From positions 60,741 to 124,740 of IMG/VR virus record IMGVR_UViG_3300037245_001295: a stretch of DNA of 64,000 nucleotides. One strand, given 5' to 3'. Positions within the stretch are counted from its first letter, which is position 1, and every line of letters starts with the position of its first letter. The notes under the pieces were generated by a model. That model was not told where the DNA came from and searched no databases. It saw nothing but the letters and a program-made list of their open reading frames with translations. The stretch comes from a virus. Positions 45,653-54,106 of the stretch are shown here, piece after piece. A program made the position numbers and the translations under genes.

Positions 45653-46061
45653 CCTGAAAGAAAAGTACACGAAGGCGTCCCTGCGAATATGCCTAAAGGC
45701 CTTCCCGGTGCGTTTCAAGAACATCCCGACTGCGCGCGCTCTTGAAGTTCTCATTAAGTTGGGGCACGGTAGTGAGTGCCTGTGGTGGCTAGATTACATT
45801 GACCCTACAAAGCGACACCAGTGGACTGTAGAGCGATTCAGCGACCATACCGCTATCAAGAAATCCTTTCCACTAGCGCGGAACCTTACAAACCTGGAAT
45901 TTTATGGTGGCCCGTCACGAATGAAGTTGCATAAGGGCACGTTGCTAGCGATGTTGATGGATCGCTTGCTTTGTGCTATGGACCACGTCGGCTTCAAAGC
46001 ATTGGACGCCGTTATCCCACTTAGCGAATCGTACACACCCGGCGGGGAAGCTTGGAGGTAA
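45645..46061 (+). CDS. 'GGP family' protein 3
   Basis: FYGGPSRMKLHKGTLLAMLMDRLL. Confidence 0.78.
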   Translation: MLNLKEKYTKASLRICLKAFPVRFKNIPTARALEVLIKLGHGSECLWWLDYIDPTKRHQWTVERFSDHTAIKKSFPLARNLTNLEFYGGPSRMKLHKGTLLAMLMDRLLCAMDHVGFKALDAVIPLSESYTPGGEAWR

Positions 46062-46062
46062 C

Positions 46063-46407
46063 ATGGTAATCATCCGAACACGAAAGAAGACTGTGGCCGA
46101 ATTGAAGCTGTGGTACAAAGACTACAGCGCACGTGAGGCGTTGGCCATCCTGGCAGAGGACTTCGGGATGGGGTTTAAGACCTTTATGTGGTTTGGGGAG
46201 GTTTACACGGTCGAGCGGGCCTTAACGACTATTCCCGACTATCTACTTGACATGTACTGCGGAGCCTTCGGAATAGTCCGCTTCATGGGTGGCCCACTCG
46301 GCAAGACGAAGTGGTACAACGGCACGGTACTCACCATGCTCTGTGACGCCGCCTTATTTGAGGCGTATGCACGTAGCATGACCGCTGAACAGCGATTGAG
46401 GTACTGA
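46063..46407 (+). CDS. 'GGP family' protein 4
   Basis: FMGGPLGKTKWYNGTVLTMLCDAAL; GGAGG RBS. Confidence 0.78.
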   Translation: MVIIRTRKKTVAELKLWYKDYSAREALAILAEDFGMGFKTFMWFGEVYTVERALTTIPDYLLDMYCGAFGIVRFMGGPLGKTKWYNGTVLTMLCDAALFEAYARSMTAEQRLRY

Positions 46408-46421
46408 TTTGCGATTTTGAT

Positions 46422-46449
46422 TTGACTTCCGCACAGGGTAGTGTATACT
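46422..46449 (+). promoter_or_regulatory. sigma70-type phage promoter
   Basis: TTGACT-N16-TATACT. Confidence 0.85.
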
Positions 46450-46486
46450 TGAGTATCGGCAGACAACAACAACACAAGGCACCCCA

Positions 46487-47149
46487 ATGAAGAAGTTCAA
46501 CTACAAATTCGCCCTGAAGATTCTGCTGCGGAAGCTGAACATGCTGACGGTGGCAGAGGCGCAGTGGTTGTTCCGACTCTATTGCAACGAACACACTGAG
46601 TTCTGCTTGCGTGGCCAGACGGGCAAGCTCTACGGGTCGTCTGCGGCAACCTTGAGCGTGGATTGGACTTGGATCGCGGGCGAGGATTTTGCCAGTAGCG
46701 TACCGACACGATTTGAAGGGGGGCCACCCCTCCGCCGAGCGTATTACAACGGGACGCTTGTGACCTTCCTCGTGGATCGAATCATGCTCCGCCACCTGCG
46801 GTGCGAGACGCCGCTAGCTTGGCTAGTGCGGTTCGACCCAACATCGACCACAGCCATTTGGGATCAGCTAGCGGCTAGCATCCCAGACACAATGAAGAAG
46901 TATTCCGTCCACCCTAAGACGAAAGAAGCCCTCTCGCAGCGAACCTTGTTCGACCTTGACAATCCAGTTGTTGAGGTAGTCAACATAGGCGATTATGGGG
47001 TACAAATACACGAAAACGGCGTCCAAGGCTATGGTATGCCACGGGCGGGACATACTCACCCGCACAGCTTTGGATACGACCAGCCTATGCCCTCATTAGA
47101 TGAAATCTATATGTGGTCTGGCGTTGGTCCGACAGGCTTATATGCGTGA
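46487..47149 (+). CDS. 'GGP family' protein 5 with C-terminal extension
   Basis: FEGGPPLRRAYYNGTLVTFLVDRIM. Confidence 0.78.
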   Translation: MKKFNYKFALKILLRKLNMLTVAEAQWLFRLYCNEHTEFCLRGQTGKLYGSSAATLSVDWTWIAGEDFASSVPTRFEGGPPLRRAYYNGTLVTFLVDRIMLRHLRCETPLAWLVRFDPTSTTAIWDQLAASIPDTMKKYSVHPKTKEALSQRTLFDLDNPVVEVVNIGDYGVQIHENGVQGYGMPRAGHTHPHSFGYDQPMPSLDEIYMWSGVGPTGLYA

Positions 47150-47155
47150 GCTAAT

Positions 47156-47245
47156 GGACTGGTCTGCTGGGCTGCTGGTGCTGTGCCCAAGCTAACCGTA
47201 ACTTAGCTGCCGAAAGGTTCTGGGGGTTCGATCCCCTCCGTTCCA
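47156..47245 (+). tRNA. atypical tRNA-Tyr(GTA)-like gene
   Basis: gctaa-ccGTAac-ttagc arm, long variable arm gcc-gaaa-ggt, T-loop TTCGATC; D region over-long, acceptor stem mismatched. Confidence 0.55.
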
Positions 47246-47284
47246 GAAAGCTAGCCTACGCATTGTCACAAGCCTACCTGCTTC

Positions 47285-47331
47285 CAGGGCGGAGCGCTGC
47301 CTTCCAAAACCAGCGCACCGCCCTGTTTCTT
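47285..47331 (+). terminator. long hairpin with T-tract (terminator-like)
   Basis: cagggcgg-a-gcgctg / cagcgc-a-ccgccctg followed by tttctt. Confidence 0.55.
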
Positions 47332-47339
47332 ACAATCGA

Positions 47340-47413
47340 ACGGTGGTAGCTCAATTAGGCAGATCGCGGGATTCCAAATCCCGTGGTTGGGGGTTCGATT
47401 CCCTCCCATCGTG
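47340..47413 (+). tRNA. tRNA-Trp(CCA)
   Basis: Cloverleaf; cggga-ttCCAaa-tcccg; T-loop TTCGATT. Confidence 0.88.
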
Positions 47414-47428
47414 CTACTAGGAGACGCC

Positions 47429-47647
47429 ATGCAAGATCGAATCGACCATTTGAAACTACTCACCGGCCTACCGGTATCTCATTACTTCGAGAAGAGATGG
47501 CGAGACTCGGTGAACTACTTTGTGTTCGGACATGAGTACAACCCGATCAAAACCGTCTGTACCTACCGCAAGGCGAAGGTATTTGCCGAGGGCTTTGCAG
47601 CCGGTCGGTCACCAATCGTCGCAGCCTCTTACCCGCCGGGAGCATGA
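47429..47647 (+). CDS. hypothetical protein
   Basis: AGGAG RBS after the tRNA. Confidence 0.65.
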   Translation: MQDRIDHLKLLTGLPVSHYFEKRWRDSVNYFVFGHEYNPIKTVCTYRKAKVFAEGFAAGRSPIVAASYPPGA

Positions 47648-47788
47648 TTATGAGAGGTCGAAACGTGATGGCGAATATCTGGAGAAATCGCGCGAAACGT
47701 AAGAAAGAGAAGAAGGGGAGATGCCGGTTTCCAGAGCCGGGCGGTCACCCATCGTCGCAGCCTCTTACCCACCAGGAGCATGATTATG
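47599..47788 (+). repeat. 54-bp imperfect direct repeat (47599-47652 and 47735-47788)
   Basis: agccgg.cggtcacc.atcgtcgcagcctcttaccc.cc.ggagcatgattatg, 4 mismatches. Confidence 0.88.
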
Positions 47789-47995
47789 CCAGTAAGAGTG
47801 AAGAAGTGGAAGGTGCAGATTTGGCAGGACCACGTCGCCGCGCCTTGTGACTACGTGGTGTATGCCACCAGCGGGTGGGATGCTCGCGTCCTGGCGTTCG
47901 CGCTGGATGGCGGCTTCCCTAAGTCGATGACTGAGATGGACGAAAGCCATGAGGAGTTGATCTACGAGTACACAAAAATTGTAGCTTCGACGTAG
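47780..47995 (+). CDS. hypothetical protein
   Basis: RBS and start supplied by the second repeat copy. Confidence 0.65.
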   Translation: MIMPVRVKKWKVQIWQDHVAAPCDYVVYATSGWDARVLAFALDGGFPKSMTEMDESHEELIYEYTKIVAST

Positions 47996-48066
47996 GAAAC
48001 AGGAGACCGAAGCCCTGTGCAAGGACGGGTAGTGGGGGCACGGAAGCCCCGGCCGCGAAATTCCAT

Positions 48067-48100
48067 TTGACTTCTGCTCAGAATGTGCTATACTTGTAAT
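48067..48100 (+). promoter_or_regulatory. sigma70-type phage promoter, probably leaderless transcript
   Basis: TTGACT-N16-TATACT-tgtaat-ATG. Confidence 0.82.
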
Positions 48101-48238
48101 ATGAAGAACGAACAAACCAAGACTGGAAAGTGCGACATTTGTGGCAAGCCTATGAAGGCTGTGCCCGGTGCAAAGGTGTACCATTTCAAATGCCTGTACG
48201 ATTCCCTAAGAGAGACTTGGAAACGAAACAGCGGCTAA
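48101..48238 (+). CDS. small Zn-finger protein
   Basis: CDICG...H..C; starts at the predicted +1. Confidence 0.6.
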   Translation: MKNEQTKTGKCDICGKPMKAVPGAKVYHFKCLYDSLRETWKRNSG

Positions 48239-48240
48239 CC

Positions 48241-48327
48241 CCTAGTCAGGATGACCGGCGAGCCCGCGAGGCTTCACCGGGACGGTAGCTCTGCTCAGTT
48301 AAAGGTTCGACTCCTTAATGGGCTAGG
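48241..48327 (+). ncRNA. tRNA-like structured RNA with no canonical anticodon arm
   Basis: cctagtc/ggctagg closing stem; ccgg..ccgg hairpin; T-arm aagg-TTCGACT-cctt. Confidence 0.45.
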
Positions 48328-48401
48328 TGGGGACGAGTGGTGTAATTGGGCACACCGGTGACGACCGCGCAGGTGGGGGTTCGAGTCCCCCGGAGTCCGC
48401 C
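48326..48401 (+). pseudogene. degenerate tRNA-like sequence
   Basis: D-arm gtg-taattggg-cac; cggt-gacg-accg (4-nt loop); perfect T-arm ggggg-TTCGAGT-ccccc. Confidence 0.5.
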
Positions 48402-48422
48402 GCACGTACAGTTGGGAAGAGA

Positions 48423-48554
48423 ATGGAAGACAGAGAGAAACTACTGATCGAGTTGGAGGCCGCCGAACGGGCTCTTGAAAGGGCCATGTTCCGTAAAGAG
48501 GCGAGGGAGTTGAAACAGCGGATCGACGAACTAAACCAAAAGCTGAAAGAATGA
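48423..48554 (+). CDS. small coiled-coil protein
   Basis: MEDREKLL...; ATGA overlap with next ORF. Confidence 0.55.
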   Translation: MEDREKLLIELEAAERALERAMFRKEARELKQRIDELNQKLKE

Positions 48555-48745
48555 AAACTGAACAGGAAATCAAGAAAGAGTTCTACGCACTGGCCGTGCA
48601 GCGAGACTGCTGCACTAAGGGCTCGGTGGCGCGAGAGATGTTAAACCAACGTTTGAAAGCGCTGGCGTGGGTTATGGAACACCCAGACGCACCGGAGATT
48701 CTTCTGGACGAAGACACGCGCTCCTTTTTGGATTGTGTAGGGTAG
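48551..48745 (+). CDS. hypothetical protein
   Basis: MKTEQEIK...LKALAWVM. Confidence 0.6.
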   Translation: MKTEQEIKKEFYALAVQRDCCTKGSVAREMLNQRLKALAWVMEHPDAPEILLDEDTRSFLDCVG

Positions 48746-48746
48746 C

Positions 48747-49058
48747 ATGAATTGCATTTGGGAAATCCTAGTACCAACCGAGACACAAGCCGGTCGGCCT
48801 ATCCGTACCCGGCAGCATCAAGAGTGGGACGCCCGCGTGCGACGGGTGGCGGGCGGGCTGACGGTGTTGCAGCCCGTCCGGGGTCAGTGGTTGGCCGCCC
48901 ATGGCCTGTTGGACGCCGAGCGAATGATCCCCGTGCGAATCGCCTGTACTGAGGAAGAGATCAACCAGATTGCGGACATGACGGCCGCCTTTTACGATCA
49001 AGACGCCGTGATGTTTTACCAGATCAGTGACAAGGTTTTCATCAAGGACTACCGATGA
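48747..49058 (+). CDS. hypothetical protein
   Basis: WEILVPT...GGLT...GQW...ERMIPVRIAC...YDQDAV. Confidence 0.7.
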   Translation: MNCIWEILVPTETQAGRPIRTRQHQEWDARVRRVAGGLTVLQPVRGQWLAAHGLLDAERMIPVRIACTEEEINQIADMTAAFYDQDAVMFYQISDKVFIKDYR

Positions 49059-49135
49059 TAGTGTTAGCGTATTTTTGGCTCGTATTAGCAACGTGCATTG
49101 CAATAACGTGGTTCACGGGCTTGGAGGGGTAAGCG

Positions 49136-49438
49136 ATGACGCCCGACGAAATTCTGTGGACTTCGCCTTATGACGACCCGCCTGAGTTGCCGGACGAAGG
49201 CGACCTGATAGACATGACATACGACCGGAGCGAGACGATGACTAATCTGCCACAAGTGTGCGAACTATGCGGTGGCCCGACGCCGGATGCTACCATTTAC
49301 TTTAATCGCTGGCCTAATCCCCACTCGAATGCCGTGTCAAAAGCGAAGCGATGTTTCCCGTGTTGGAAAATGGAGGTTGTCATCCGCAAGCAACCTGAGA
49401 TTGCACGAAAGATTCTTCAAGACTTGGAGACCGGATAA
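49136..49438 (+). CDS. Zn-finger hypothetical protein
   Basis: CELC...CFPC; GGAGG RBS. Confidence 0.6.
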   Translation: MTPDEILWTSPYDDPPELPDEGDLIDMTYDRSETMTNLPQVCELCGGPTPDATIYFNRWPNPHSNAVSKAKRCFPCWKMEVVIRKQPEIARKILQDLETG

Positions 49439-50103
49439 TGATCCGCGCTCTTACATTCACGAAAGATTGGCGATGCTTCAAGGCGGGCGACCGCTTTGAC
49501 TTCCGCCCCGGCATCAACCTACTGGTTGGCGATCAAGGTTGCGGTAAGAGCAGCCTGATTCAAGCGATCCATATCGGCGGCTGCACGGGCAAGGACTTTG
49601 GCTCTGACAAAGAGATGCGCGATCGCATTGAGCTTGAAGCCTCCCCGGTCACGATGTACAAGTTCGACTTCGAGAAAGACAATCCACGGGTTCAAGGACA
49701 CATTGGCAAGAACGCCTTGTTCCAGCTAAGCTCCATGTGGGCCAGCCACGGCGAAACGTCCCGCGTTGTCATCCGAAACATTGAAGGGTTGGCTGAGGCG
49801 CTTATTCTGATGGACGAACCCGACATGGCCCTCAGCATCCGGTCATGCAACATGCTGTCCAAGACTTTCAGGGATGTTGCTGACCGAGGCTCGCAGGTGC
49901 TTGCGGCCGTGCATAACGAGACGGTGATCCGGCAGGTCGAGGAAGTGTACTCGCTTGAGCACCGGCGGTGGATGCCGAGCGCAGAGTTCATTGAGTCACA
50001 GGCCGATACGACCGAGTTCGTACCTGTCCGACCAGACAAGAAGAAGAAACGTAAGAAGAAGTCCGGCGAGAAGTCAAACGCACAAATAATCCAGGAGATG
50101 TAA
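49438..50103 (+). CDS. soluble ABC-type ATPase
   Basis: Walker A GDQGCGKS, signature SHGE, Walker B LMDEPD, H-loop. Confidence 0.85.
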   Translation: MIRALTFTKDWRCFKAGDRFDFRPGINLLVGDQGCGKSSLIQAIHIGGCTGKDFGSDKEMRDRIELEASPVTMYKFDFEKDNPRVQGHIGKNALFQLSSMWASHGETSRVVIRNIEGLAEALILMDEPDMALSIRSCNMLSKTFRDVADRGSQVLAAVHNETVIRQVEEVYSLEHRRWMPSAEFIESQADTTEFVPVRPDKKKKRKKKSGEKSNAQIIQEM

Positions 50104-50104
50104 G

Positions 50105-50395
50105 ATGCCTACGAAATTGAAGACGTTCAAAGTGTTGGCCCTTCACGAGAAGCATGGCGTCTGCTACGTTTCGGCCCGCACACCTGAAGAGGAGATGAGG
50201 GCTTACCTCTCTCTCTTCAATCTGATGGATGAGATGGGCTACTACAACTACGACGGGGCGCTCAACGTCGATGAACAGGTGTGGTACGCCAACGCTAAGG
50301 CTGGCGACGGGAAGTCTGCTAAGTGGCTGATCGGCAGCCGCTCCGGTTATGAATATGAAACTGTGACTGTCGAGTGGGTAACGGTGCCCGAATGA
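50105..50395 (+). CDS. hypothetical protein
   Basis: AGGAG RBS; EKHG...RSGYEYE. Confidence 0.7.
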   Translation: MPTKLKTFKVLALHEKHGVCYVSARTPEEEMRAYLSLFNLMDEMGYYNYDGALNVDEQVWYANAKAGDGKSAKWLIGSRSGYEYETVTVEWVTVPE

Positions 50396-50679
50396 CCGAC
50401 AACGACTATGATCTGCAATACAAAGAGTGGTGCAAGGAACAGCGCCGCATCGCGCTACAGAACAACAAGCGCGAGTGTAAGGCCACTCAGGATAGGCTTC
50501 GGTGCCCCAATTGTCGAACGCTCTGGGAGTGTCGCTGCACCCTTGAGCAGCAGCATTCGGCTTGGCGGCGTATAGAGGCCCAACAGCAGGCCGATTACGC
50601 CCGCCGAGTGCGCGAATGTGACGAGCGTATTGCGGAGTCACAAGCTGCCTGGGAAAAGAGATTTGGGAAAGCAGAATAG
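50392..50679 (+). CDS. Zn-finger/coiled-coil protein
   Basis: CPNC...CRCTL (similar motif in next ORF). Confidence 0.6.
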   Translation: MTDNDYDLQYKEWCKEQRRIALQNNKRECKATQDRLRCPNCRTLWECRCTLEQQHSAWRRIEAQQQADYARRVRECDERIAESQAAWEKRFGKAE

Positions 50680-50910
50680 ATGGGCGACTATCTAACACAC
50701 ATGCTAAAGTACACTAAAGAAAGGTTCGCGGCGGCCGACCGCAATTTTCGTGAGCATCATATTTGCCCCGTCTGCGGCGTGCGATTCTGTCTGTGTACCC
50801 TTAATGAACGTCGAAAAGCTCTGGCACAGCGGCAAGATGAAACTGACGAAGAGTGGCAAGATCGCTTGGACTCACTGGAAGCGAAACGCTTAAATGCGCT
50901 GGAGTTTTAG
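50680..50910 (+). CDS. Zn-finger protein
   Basis: CPVC...CLCTL. Confidence 0.6.
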   Translation: MGDYLTHMLKYTKERFAAADRNFREHHICPVCGVRFCLCTLNERRKALAQRQDETDEEWQDRLDSLEAKRLNALEF

Positions 50911-51174
50911 ATGGCCATACCCTTCAACATGGGCGATCCGGTTCAACTTGGCACTGACCCTAATAGAGTGGGGAAGGTCATTGGCCTCATTGAGCCAACG
51001 TATGATAGCATGGGCGTCCCTACACGACTCGCTCAGGTTGTTGTCCAGCCACCACTCAAGAAGTACACATCAACCGTTTACTACGTGGAAGAATTGATAT
51101 TCTGCCGCTGTGCAAACAGGGGCGCGGGCATCAAGAGGAGCGTGAACCCATGCGAAAAAAGCGTACCATTCTAA
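50911..51174 (+). CDS. hypothetical protein (SH3-like)
   Basis: FNMGDPV...GKV; GGAG RBS. Confidence 0.6.
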   Translation: MAIPFNMGDPVQLGTDPNRVGKVIGLIEPTYDSMGVPTRLAQVVVQPPLKKYTSTVYYVEELIFCRCANRGAGIKRSVNPCEKSVPF

Positions 51175-51602
51175 TGTGCCCATCATGCGGAAAGCAAAAT
51201 GTCTTCCCGCTCGAACATGACATCGAGGGGCGTGAATGCCACAACTGTACTTGGGAGGGGCACATGGACGCCCTAGCGTCCCATGAGTTCTGGGTCGAGC
51301 GGGTCGCCCATGTCAAGATTGATTACGACGTGATTGACCGGATCGCGTACCTCTTCTACGGACACAGTGAGGAAAAGTTCAATATGCCTCACTTCGAGAT
51401 GGTGTGCCACGGGGAGTGGTGTAATGACTCCTGCCACCAGTTCGACGTGGATGGTAAGATCGGCAAGTACGTAGCGAAGGACGCCGCGAAGTTCCGCAAG
51501 GACGGCAAGCCGCGCGGCCTGTCTAACGGGGACGTTATGAATATCCTCTGCGCCGACGGGTGGCTGGAGCCAGGGCGGTATCTCGTGGAGGTGTGCTGGT
51601 GA
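51150..51602 (+). CDS. hypothetical protein with Zn ribbon
   Basis: CPSC...CHNC; LCADGWLEPGRYLV. Confidence 0.65.
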   Translation: MRKKRTILMCPSCGKQNVFPLEHDIEGRECHNCTWEGHMDALASHEFWVERVAHVKIDYDVIDRIAYLFYGHSEEKFNMPHFEMVCHGEWCNDSCHQFDVDGKIGKYVAKDAAKFRKDGKPRGLSNGDVMNILCADGWLEPGRYLVEVCW

Positions 51603-51906
51603 GTTACTGTAAGTACGCCGTAGAAACAAAACGCCTCTTCGGAGGCTGGAGCCGAGGGGCGATCTGGGGCTTGGACTCGGATAGCTTCCGGGAGTTCCTG
51701 CTATACATCAATGGTTGTGACAACCACCGCGGCGCGAAGACGCGCATCAAACGTGTGTGGGGTGAGGTGGCCGCAAAGTACGAATTTCCGAAGGACAGGC
51801 TACATGACTGAGTTTGTTTTAGTGGCCTTACCGCTGTTAGTAGTCGCACTCTTTGTAATGATTATCCTGACAGGTGGGGCTATGAGTAAATATGACCACG
51901 ATGACC

Positions 51907-51940
51907 TTGACATCGACGAATAATAAGGTATACTTGTAGT
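51907..51940 (+). promoter_or_regulatory. sigma70-type phage promoter, probably leaderless transcript
   Basis: TTGACA-N16-TATACT-tgtagt-ATG. Confidence 0.85.
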
Positions 51941-52294
51941 ATGGAGATACTCGATTACCTACGCGAACGAATAGCGGATTTCTCAATTGAGGCGTCCATC
52001 CCCCTGTTGAAGTGTTTAGGTCACTGTGAACACGACAGGATCACCGTGCTAACTCACCAAGGCTACCGCGACATGTTTGTGTGGGAGTTGGTCGAACACT
52101 TCAACCGCTCGGTCCCTGTTGACCGTATACGACCAGTGTACTTCTGGGGCGGACCTCTAATGCCAAAGAAATACAAAGGCGACTACTTGACGTTTATCGT
52201 TGACCGGGCGATGTTCCGGGCGTGCGAGAAGGGTTGGGCGCATGTGAACGCAACTATCGTCTATTGTGAAGGGTTGGCCCATGTTGAAGCGTAG
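51941..52294 (+). CDS. 'GGP family' protein 6
   Basis: FWGGPLMPKKYKGDYLTFIVDRAM. Confidence 0.78.
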   Translation: MEILDYLRERIADFSIEASIPLLKCLGHCEHDRITVLTHQGYRDMFVWELVEHFNRSVPVDRIRPVYFWGGPLMPKKYKGDYLTFIVDRAMFRACEKGWAHVNATIVYCEGLAHVEA

Positions 52295-52649
52295 TATGCT
52301 CGCCGCCGTCTGCGTAACGGTGAAAAGTTTCACTTTGGAGGATGCTATCGAAATCCTCCGACGTGCAAATCAAAGTCATCTTGAGCGCACACTGTACGTC
52401 GAAAACCAGATAGGCAAGTGCCGCGAATTCCGGTTCAAATCGCTGGGAGATGACGCCCGCAACCGTTGTGCCCATCTTACTACGTTTTGGAAAGTGTGGT
52501 ACGAATGTGGCCCGCCCAACAACCGCGAATGGGTGGAAGGCACTCTTTGTCAGTTCGTCGCTGATTGCTTGTTGCTTGAGGTGGCGGAGTGGGGAGAGAG
52601 GGGTGTGTGTGATATTGTTGCCGATGTACTCAGACTAGGAGCCCCGTGA
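52281..52649 (+). CDS. 'GGP family' protein 7 (divergent)
   Basis: YECGPPNNREWVEGTLCQFVADCLL. Confidence 0.72.
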   Translation: MLKRSMLAAVCVTVKSFTLEDAIEILRRANQSHLERTLYVENQIGKCREFRFKSLGDDARNRCAHLTTFWKVWYECGPPNNREWVEGTLCQFVADCLLLEVAEWGERGVCDIVADVLRLGAP

Positions 52650-52927
52650 TGACGCCGCGAGACGAAGCCGACTGGAAATTCTGGAAGCGCGTTGCCGCAC
52701 TACTCGGCGCTCAGCTACATGGCTGGAGCTACCGAGATAGTGCCTCATTCCTCAACCCGCATACAGAGATGGGCGGCACGGGCGCCGCGAAGCTGATCGA
52801 GCAGGCAGACGAAATCATCCGGCTGAAAGCGTTGGCAAAGCACGCAGTCAACACTGCCGCAGACATGGCAGCGATGCCAATTGAAGAGTGGGCCGAAGAA
52901 AAACTCCGGGAGATTGACAATGTCTGA
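52646..52927 (+). CDS. hypothetical protein
   Basis: AGGAG RBS, GTGA overlap. Confidence 0.6.
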   Translation: MMTPRDEADWKFWKRVAALLGAQLHGWSYRDSASFLNPHTEMGGTGAAKLIEQADEIIRLKALAKHAVNTAADMAAMPIEEWAEEKLREIDNV

Positions 52928-53366
52928 AAACGTAATGGCTATGGCGTCGAGAGGGTATTTTGCCGGCGAGTTTGTTGTCACCAACGATGATTGTGCCTAC
53001 TCCATCGGTGACCACATTGAGGTAGTGCTGAAAGACCATGCGTACCCGACCGGCGAGACTTTCGACGTCCCACGGTTGGGCGGCGGGGAGAAGATTGTCC
53101 ATATCGCAGCCTTCCCACTGACCGTGACGTTAAGCGCTCACGTCGGGCCAATTGAAGTGTTGCTAAAAATGGCTGTCGGCCGGGCGTTTAGCCACTGGCT
53201 TGATTGCCTAGAGATCGGGGTGCCGAGCGTCGTAATTCCGAACAAGTGTGAGCATCGCAAGCATATTTGGTACATGCCGAAGATTGATGGCTGGGTTCCG
53301 AGCGGGATGTTCAGCGGCAAGACGAAAGCGGCGACCACCACCAACCGGAGGACGAAGAATGCCTAA
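52920..53366 (+). CDS. hypothetical protein
   Basis: GGGAG RBS. Confidence 0.6.
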   Translation: MSENVMAMASRGYFAGEFVVTNDDCAYSIGDHIEVVLKDHAYPTGETFDVPRLGGGEKIVHIAAFPLTVTLSAHVGPIEVLLKMAVGRAFSHWLDCLEIGVPSVVIPNKCEHRKHIWYMPKIDGWVPSGMFSGKTKAATTTNRRTKNA

Positions 53367-53772
53367 GTACACCTTCCACAGCGGCGCTGGCGTATACATA
53401 CTGGCTACCGGCGAAGCCCCCAAAGGGTTAGGGGCCGTGCTGCGTGTCGTGTGGGAAGGTTTACCCCACTGCCTAGTGGAGAGCGTGATACCGACTGACA
53501 CGCTGTTGCGGAAGCCCATAGTGCCGCCTGACAAGGTGCCCGACGATTGGTACAATGCGTTTGCCCTGGCGACCGGATTGTTTGAGGTGCGTGAGCCCGA
53601 GCCATCGCCCGAGCCAGCGCCCGAGCCAGCGCCCGAGCCGACGCCCGAGCCGACGCCCGAGCCGACGCCCGAGCCGACGCCCGAGCCCGTGCCGTCAATG
53701 TTTGAATGGGGGCCATACTGGGTCATATTTGTAGTCGTAATCATCCTGAGTTTTATTCTGGGGGCGTACTAA
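53359..53772 (+). CDS. membrane-anchored protein with PEPT/PEPA linker
   Basis: GGAGG RBS; proline-rich linker; C-terminal TM. Confidence 0.72.
   Translation: MPKYTFHSGAGVYILATGEAPKGLGAVLRVVWEGLPHCLVESVIPTDTLLRKPIVPPDKVPDDWYNAFALATGLFEVREPEPSPEPAPEPAPEPTPEPTPEPTPEPTPEPVPSMFEWGPYWVIFVVVIILSFILGAY
53593..53687 (+). repeat. 12-bp tandem repeat (gcccgagccgac and variants) encoding PEPT/PEPA
   Basis: About 7-8 copies read directly. Confidence 0.9.
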
Positions 53773-53827
53773 TGATTCTTGATATTGGCGACTCGACTAT
53801 CGAAACTCTTTGGAACGAGGTGAAGCC

Positions 53828-54106
53828 ATGAAACTGATCTACTGCCCCAAGTGCCACGACGTGAGGAAACTGAGCCACAAGGTCACGTTCTGCATGTGCG
53901 GCGCTAGTCGTGGCTGGTACGATGACGACGGCCTGCACGCCACTGTCCAAGGCGAAGCGATTCCCTTGGGGTTCGATAACCTGACTCTTAGAAGTGCGTT
54001 GGCAATGAAGTCCGAGGGTGGGTGGGGTAAGGACGGGCAGGGAGAAGTCTTTGAGGCCTTTGTGATCCCCAAGGATTGCCCCACTGTGACAAAACTTGAC
54101 AACTAA
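53828..54106 (+). CDS. Zn-binding phage protein
   Basis: MKLIYCPKCHDV...CMCG. Confidence 0.7.
   Translation: MKLIYCPKCHDVRKLSHKVTFCMCGASRGWYDDDGLHATVQGEAIPLGFDNLTLRSALAMKSEGGWGKDGQGEVFEAFVIPKDCPTVTKLDN

Noticed and set aside
47599-47788. DGR template/variable repeat pair
   Set aside because: Mismatches are not confined to adenines of one copy and no reverse transcriptase is present
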